A stretch of 64,000 bases of DNA from Rebecca billardiae RCC1528. Its lineage: Eukaryota > Protista > Haptophyta. The notes beneath the pieces are model-generated. The model made no database searches. It was given only the letters and a program-made list of their open reading frames with translations, and was not told the DNA's origin. The position numbers and the translations under genes were made by a program. Below, piece after piece: positions 58,413 through 64,000 of the stretch (position 1 is its first letter; every line of letters starts with the position of its first letter). The DNA lies in assembly GCA_965240325.2 (NCBI GenBank), contig OZ251233.1, positions 1,860,001-1,924,000 of the forward strand, given 5' to 3'.

Positions 58413-60377
58413 TCACGGCTGCACGGGCAGTGCGGCGGGCTGCAGCTGCGTGAGGCGTGCGCGTAATGCCGCGACGAACCGATGGTCGGTGCCGAGGACT
58501 GCGCCGTACGCATCGACGGCGTGCCGCAGCGCCACGCGTGCGTCCGCCGTGTCGCCATCTGCGTCCAGCCATCCGTCGCCGACCTCGTCGCTGCCAACCT
58601 CGAGCGTCGGCTGCTCACGCCGGCCGCCGGCGGGTGCGGCGCGCGCAGCAGGCGCAGCAGGCGCAGCGGGCGGCGCAGGCTGCGAGCGCCGCCTTTTGCT
58701 GGGCCGTGCGTCCGCGCCCTCGGCAGGTGCGCTTGGCGGCGTGCCCGCCTGGGCGTCCGTGGCAGCGCGCAGCACGCCGGCTCGGCCGTCGGCGGCGCCG
58801 CCCACCGTGCCGGCCAGCGGCTCTGACAGGAGCGCCTCCGCCAGAAGCAGCCGTGCGCCGGCGAGCGCAGCGCCGTAGCAGCCCAGCGCATCGCTGCGTG
58901 CGCGCGCGCTCGGTGCGTGCGCCAAGCCTGGCGCGTAGCATCGGATGAGGGCGCGCGCGCTCTCGCGCACGCACGCCCAGTCGCGCCGCTCCCGCGCGCA
59001 CATGGCCGCGTGCAGCCTGGCCCTGCGCACGAGCGCGTGCCTCGGGTGCAGCGCCGAGCGCACGCGCGCTAGCAGTGCGCTCCACTGCGCGCCGGCACCC
59101 TCCCAGTCGCGCGCGCGCATCCGCTCGGCAGCGGCCGCCTCGAGCGCGCCCAGCTCGATGGCGGTGGGAGCGCTCACGGCACACGGCTCGGCTGGCGCCC
59201 TCGGCGGACCACGCCCACGCGACGCGCCCCCCGTCGCCTCGCCGCCGGCCGTGCCGCAGCGCACGCACCGCCACCCGCGCGTGCTCAGCTCAGCCGCGGC
59301 GGCGCGCTCGGCCGCGCCGGCACAGAGGAGCTCGCCGCCGCAGCGCGGGCGCGCGCACAGCCGCGCCTCCAGCGCCGCGTCCGCGGGCGGCGGGGCCGTG
59401 CAGCGCGCGCAGGCGCAGTCGAAGCGGAACGCGCGGCGCAGCTGCGCCCGCCGCTCGGCCGCCGGCAGGTACGTATCGGTGTACGAGATTGTGATCTCGT
59501 CGCCCGCGGCCACGGCGCGCACGGTGCGCGCGCACACGCAGCCGCCATCCTCGTGCACGTGCGCGTTGGGCGCGCACGCGTGGTTGAGCGCGGAGAGCGC
59601 CGGCACGATGGCCAGCCCGAGCTCGCGCTCGTAGCACGCCGCGTCCACGAGCTCGTGGCAGTTGAGGAACAGCCGCCCGAGCAGCGCCGTCGAGGCGTCG
59701 TGCCCCGCGCGCGCGTCCGAGTCGAGCACAAAGCGCGCCTGCTGCGAGAGCGCCAGCAGTGCCTGCCGGAGGGAGAGGCCGAGCTCGTGCCACGCGCTGG
59801 CGGTCCGCGCGGGTGGCGCGGGGGCTGAGCTGTGCGCGCCGTCGGCCTCCGCCTCCTCCTCCTCCTCCCCTGAGCCATCATCTGAGTCCTCATCCGAGTC
59901 ATCGTCTGAGATGTCGTCGAGACCGACGAGCTCAGAGAGCGCGCTGTAGCCGTCCCAGCGCGCGTCGCGGGGCCACCACTGCCCTGCGCTCTCCGGCCGC
60001 TCGCCACCATCCCGCCTGAGCAGGAGGAGGCGCAGCAGCAGCCTGAGCGCGCGCGTGTCTCCGCACAGCTGCAGCCCGCCCTCGCGCAGCCGCGCGAGCG
60101 AGGCGCACTCGACCTCGTGGACGCGCCGACGGGTGGGGTCGGCGGCGCATGCGGCGCAGAGCCCGCCAAAGCCGCAGCGCTCGCACGGCGCCGCGCGCGG
60201 CAGTGGCTGCAAGCACGTGGAGCAGCGCTCGCCGAGGCGCGCGTCGTCGACCACGAACGCGGTCGGCGCTGCCTTGAGGAGCAGAGTGCCCGCAGGTATG
60301 GCCACCGTCGCGACGGTGCCGCGGCCCCGGCCGGGGAGGTCCTGGACGGCCGTGCGATCCCCCAGCGTCGACCACAT
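58413..60377 (-). CDS. SET and MYND domain lysine methyltransferase (SMYD family)
   Basis: GRGRGTVATVAIPAGTLL; MYND-like CSTC..CERC..C..C..H..EC; SALNHACAPNA; EITISY; post-SET FRFDCACARC; TPR-like tail. Confidence 0.9.
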   Translation of the reverse strand: MWSTLGDRTAVQDLPGRGRGTVATVAIPAGTLLLKAAPTAFVVDDARLGERCSTCLQPLPRAAPCERCGFGGLCAACAADPTRRRVHEVECASLARLREGGLQLCGDTRALRLLLRLLLLRRDGGERPESAGQWWPRDARWDGYSALSELVGLDDISDDDSDEDSDDGSGEEEEEAEADGAHSSAPAPPARTASAWHELGLSLRQALLALSQQARFVLDSDARAGHDASTALLGRLFLNCHELVDAACYERELGLAIVPALSALNHACAPNAHVHEDGGCVCARTVRAVAAGDEITISYTDTYLPAAERRAQLRRAFRFDCACARCTAPPPADAALEARLCARPRCGGELLCAGAAERAAAAELSTRGWRCVRCGTAGGEATGGASRGRGPPRAPAEPCAVSAPTAIELGALEAAAAERMRARDWEGAGAQWSALLARVRSALHPRHALVRRARLHAAMCARERRDWACVRESARALIRCYAPGLAHAPSARARSDALGCYGAALAGARLLLAEALLSEPLAGTVGGAADGRAGVLRAATDAQAGTPPSAPAEGADARPSKRRRSQPAPPAAPAAPAARAAPAGGRREQPTLEVGSDEVGDGWLDADGDTADARVALRHAVDAYGAVLGTDHRFVAALRARLTQLQPAALPVQP

Positions 60378-60710
60378 CGTGTGTGCGGCGATGATGCCCT
60401 TCCTCGTTGCTTGACGTCCTCAAGCTCGTCAGAAGGCGCGCGCGGCAGCCATCGTCCGCCGGGGGGTGGGCACTCAAGGCGGGGAGTGGGGACGGAAAGT
60501 CGCGAAAAGTTCCGAGCTGAACCGTACATACCATACAGTGCGACGACAGGAGGCGGACCACCGCGCATGCCCGCTGGTGAGCAGCTGGCGGCGGGCGCGC
60601 GCCGTCCAAGCGCCCCTCCGCGCGGGGGTCGACGCTCATGCAGGCCCCGCACGCGCCATCGCCCCGCAGGGCGCACGCAACGCCTCATCGACCCAGCCGC
60701 CCCCGCCGCC

Positions 60711-61680
60711 ATGACGGAGGAGATCATGTACTGCGACGAGGAGCTCACGGAGCTGCACGCCGAGATCCAGAGGGGCATCGAGGCGCTCTCGCGCCTCTCG
60801 GGCGACGCGAGGCAAGACGTACGGCTGCGAATGTCCCGCGCCCACGCGCCCACGCGGCCGCGCCCTGGGCGGCACCGTCGCCGCGCCGGGCTGACCCACA
60901 CCGACCCGCCTCCTCGCGTGCGCGTGCGCGGCCCGCCACTCTGCAGCGCATCCAGCAGCTGAACGTGCGAATGCAGAGGGCAAAGCAGGTACTACACAGC
61001 TTTAAGGTGGAGATGCGAGAACTGTCGCCCGAGGAGGCTGGCACCTACGACGCGGTGCGTGCGCACCAAGCGCACCGCAGTGCGCGCGCGCTCGTGCGCC
61101 TCGCCGCGTCGGCTGCTCACGGCACGGCGTGCGCGCGCCCGCGCCCGCGCGTGTGCTGCCGCCGGCCGAAGCGCAGAAGTGCAAGCAGCACCTGGCGAAC
61201 CTGCAGCAGCTGAACACGGACTTGCAATGGGCAAAGAACGAGAGCGACCGGGCCGAGCTTCTCGGCGGCCCGTCCGGCGAGGGCGGCGTGGACGGCATGA
61301 CAGCACAGCAGGTGATCGCCAAGGCTGCGAGCGTGCAGGAGTCGTCGCTCGCGTCGACAGGGCGCTCGATGCGGATGATCGAGCAGTCGCGCGAGGTTGG
61401 GACGGCGGCGGCGCAAAAGCTAAAGGTGCAGACGGAGCAGATGAAGAACGTCGACGCAGACATCATGCGCGTCGAGTCCAATCTGAAGCGCGCCGACCTC
61501 CTTGTGCGCGTGTTCCTGCGACGAATGGCGACGGACAAGTTCATCATGATCTTCCTGTTTCTCATCGTCGTCGGCATCCTCACCATCATCATCTACAAGG
61601 CGATCAATCCGGAGGGCGCCGAGAAGGACGGGTTCAACGTCCCTGACGAGGTCACGCCGCCGGTCAACTACAAGTTGTGA
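60711..61680 (+). CDS. Qb-type SNARE (NPSN/VTI1-like); 3 exons (60711-60818, 60947-61054, 61177-61680)
   Basis: Helical N-terminal domain, SNARE heptads with central Q (KLKVQTEQM), RRMATDK followed by a TM helix and short luminal tail. Confidence 0.85.
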
Positions 61681-62642
61681 CTCACCTGCGAGCAGTCACC
61701 GCACTGCCCGGTCGGCACGGCGGATGTGCCGCGCATGCTGCAGCAGCGGTGGCTCCTAAAAGGGCGCAGTCAATCCGAGCCAGTCGATTCTGCATCATTG
61801 TGCACAGCTGCTGAATGCGCTGCTGATGATGACGCCGCCGACTGTATTGTCAAAGCCTGCGACTGAGTATATTGACAAGTGATGCGACCACGGAGTACGC
61901 GCCCGCGACGCCGGCGCCGGGGCTATACTCACTTAGTCACTTTACACTTACTGGCGCGGCCGCCGCGCGGCGGACCCCGGAGCGCGCCGCCAGAGGCAGA
62001 GTCTTTATATATAGTCTAAGGCTAAGAGCTATATACTGCTATAGCAGTGATTTGTGGCGGCCCCGCGGGCGGGGCCCATTGAATCGGCATTGCTGAGCCG
62101 CTGAGGCAACTAGTGCGCACGGCGCATGCGCAGATGACTCGGTCGGACCGCGACTGAGCCGAGTAGTGCATCGGCTACTGATGGATGATTGCTGACGATG
62201 CAGCAGGCGCAGCATGCGCCGGACTGAGTGCTGTAATCCGCCAAGTTGAAGTGCTGACAATGTATGACTGACCGGAGTCCGGAATTAATCGGGTGCCCCG
62301 AAATATATATGCCGCCCCGCCGGGATGTCAATGATCATCAACTTATCAATACTATATACATATGAATGACGATGCGCCGTAAATGCGTCGGACGCGCGCG
62401 GCAGTTCGCGCTGACTGATGATGCTATAGCTGCGCGTACGGATCGAATAAGTAACGACACGTAAACCGTTGCCAGGTCCTATTATTATAATACTAACGAG
62501 CCGCGCAGGCGGCTGCCAGCGCGTCCGCAGCGGCGGGCCGCATGAGTGCCAGCAGCCAGCCAAGCGGCGCCACCCGCTACGCGGAGTCGCTACACGGTGC
62601 CGCCAAGTGCTTCGCGGGAGAGTTCCAGGACATCACATGAAC

Positions 62643-63266
62643 TCACATGAAGCCCTCGCCATACTCGTCGCCCGAGTGCAGCAGCTCCTCCGCCTCCGCA
62701 GCCGGGTCGACGCGCTCCTCGGCGCCTGCGAAGGGGTCTGCTGCTCCCGCCTCCATGTCGTCCGCGTACGGCTCCAGCGCATCCGGGCCCGAAGCGTCTG
62801 GCGGTAGAGCTGGCCTCTTCGCCTCCTCGATCTCCTTCTTGAGGAGCAGCAGCTCCTTTGCCCGGCCCCAGTGCTTGGCGTCCTTGCGGACGGCATAAAG
62901 CACGTCTTGCACGCGCAGCTTGCCCGGCCGAGTCGCAGCCTCTGCGCTGCGCTGCAGCACGTCGGCGACGAACTCGATCGTCGCGGCCTCGACGATATCC
63001 ACCGTCTTCGGCTCCGGATCGACATCCCCGCCGAAGCCGTACATCATGTCGCCCACTGAGGCGCGCGCGAGCGTTTGGGGCAGTCGCGGGTGGCGTGAGA
63101 TGTGCGCGGGTGGCGTGAGATGTGCGCGGCGATCATGGCGACGGGATCGCGGCGTGCGCGTACGCTCTGATGAGAAGAAGCGTTCTCGCCGCTTCTGGCC
63201 GACCTGCGGCTCGCAGGCATCGGATGTGCCGGCTGCCCCTTTCTCGGGTGTGTGGGCGTCAGTCAT
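62643..63266 (-). CDS. TAF13: TFIID subunit 13 (TFIID-18kDa histone fold); 2 exons (63266-63164, 63055-62643)
   Basis: Spliced RFFSSELGDMMYGFGGDVDPEPKTVDIVE...KLRVQDVLYAVRKDAKHWGRAKELL. Confidence 0.88.
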   Translation of the reverse strand: MTDAHTPEKGAAGTSDACEPQVGQKRRERFFSSERTRTPRSRRHDRRAHLTPPAHISRHPRLPQTLARASVGDMMYGFGGDVDPEPKTVDIVEAATIEFVADVLQRSAEAATRPGKLRVQDVLYAVRKDAKHWGRAKELLLLKKEIEEAKRPALPPDASGPDALEPYADDMEAGAADPFAGAEERVDPAAEAEELLHSGDEYGEGFM

Positions 63267-63355
63267 CCTCGCGCCGCGGGCGCCGCCATCGATGGCGGGG
63301 TCGCGAGACGAGCTCAAAGCGCGCGCTGTCGAGTCGCTGACCAACGAAGAGGACG

Positions 63356-64000
63356 ATGGCGGAGGACGACGACGACGCGCCCCTCGGCTTTGAGGACATC
63401 CTGCGACTGCCTCCCCGGGAGTTCGTGGAGCGCGCCTGGGGGCATTGTGCGCATGCCGCCGCACTCTCGCCGAGCGCACTCGCGCGCTTGCGCGCTGGCT
63501 TCGCGGACGGCGACGTTCGGCAGCTGCTGGAGAGCTGCCGCACCGCAGACAACGCGCCGTACGCGAGCGACGACATGGACGCGATGGTGCACGACGTGGA
63601 GAGCGGGCGGACGCTCGATCTGCCGTACTGCTTCTCCGACGGAGCGCGCGAGCTCGAGGCGGCGTTCCTTCTCGCCCTGCGCTCTGCCGTCCACGGGAGT
63701 GCGCTGTGCGATCTCGAGATCGGGTGCTACATCTCTCGCGCACCGCGCGGATCGGTGGCCGAGTGGCACCGCGACGAGAACCACAACGTCACCATCCAGC
63801 TCTTCGGCACGAAGGACTGGCACGTGCTCCCTGCCGACGACCCGCGCGCCGAGGGCTCGTGCGGCATGTTCGATGCGCCACGCTCGCGCGCCGAGCAGCT
63901 CGGGCGCGACCCGCCTGCCGCGGGCACGGCGGGCGGGCGCGCGGGCGGTGCGGTCGCGTGCCACTCCCTCGCGCCGGGCTCGGTGCTTTACCTGCCGCCC
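63356..64000 (+). CDS. JmjC/cupin 2-oxoglutarate oxygenase (RIOX/ycfD-like), 3'-truncated by the window edge
   Basis: Not in the ORF track because it has no stop in the window. Reads MAEDDDDAPLGFEDILRLPPREFVERAWG...EWHRDENHNVTIQLFGTKDWHV...LAPGSVLYLPP (HxD motif). Confidence 0.85.
   Translation, partial: MAEDDDDAPLGFEDILRLPPREFVERAWGHCAHAAALSPSALARLRAGFADGDVRQLLESCRTADNAPYASDDMDAMVHDVESGRTLDLPYCFSDGARELEAAFLLALRSAVHGSALCDLEIGCYISRAPRGSVAEWHRDENHNVTIQLFGTKDWHVLPADDPRAEGSCGMFDAPRSRAEQLGRDPPAAGTAGGRAGGAVACHSLAPGSVLYLPP

Overview
Very GC-rich eukaryotic genomic DNA with short GT-AG introns. Composition and gene set resemble a haptophyte such as the Pavlovales; this is inference only. It contains 14 host genes: a Sec14/CRAL-TRIO protein, an FkbM methyltransferase, a chromodomain protein, a guanylate-binding protein, a DUF5690-like membrane protein, an MHS-type MFS transporter, a TTL-family ligase, a hypothetical protein, SMYD, a Qb-type SNARE, TAF13, a partial JmjC protein, and two convergent polycystin-1-like REJ/GPS membrane receptors on Ser-Pro stalks. 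The larger receptor is about 5,250 aa once five same-position introns are spliced and an apparently spurious 100-N gap is closed. Between the two receptors, and again at 55-58 kb, (TA)n microsatellites host mobile DNA. (i) A deleted Copia-like LTR element has its gag ORF split by a 7.3-kb foldback element (about 580-bp TIRs, inverted 214-bp satellite arms, 7-bp TSD); removing the insert restores the frame. (ii) A family of non-coding elements (GTGG...TAGAC) is inserted at T^A without a clear TSD. One copy has an A..BA..B split-direct-repeat layout, and the joined ends form a conserved, covarying, symmetric hairpin with the breakpoint at the edge of an unpaired spacer. A 72-bp palindromic MITE with a 10-bp TSD is also present. 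Most long ORFs in the track are GC or repeat shadows. All family calls come from motif recognition by eye, without database searches.
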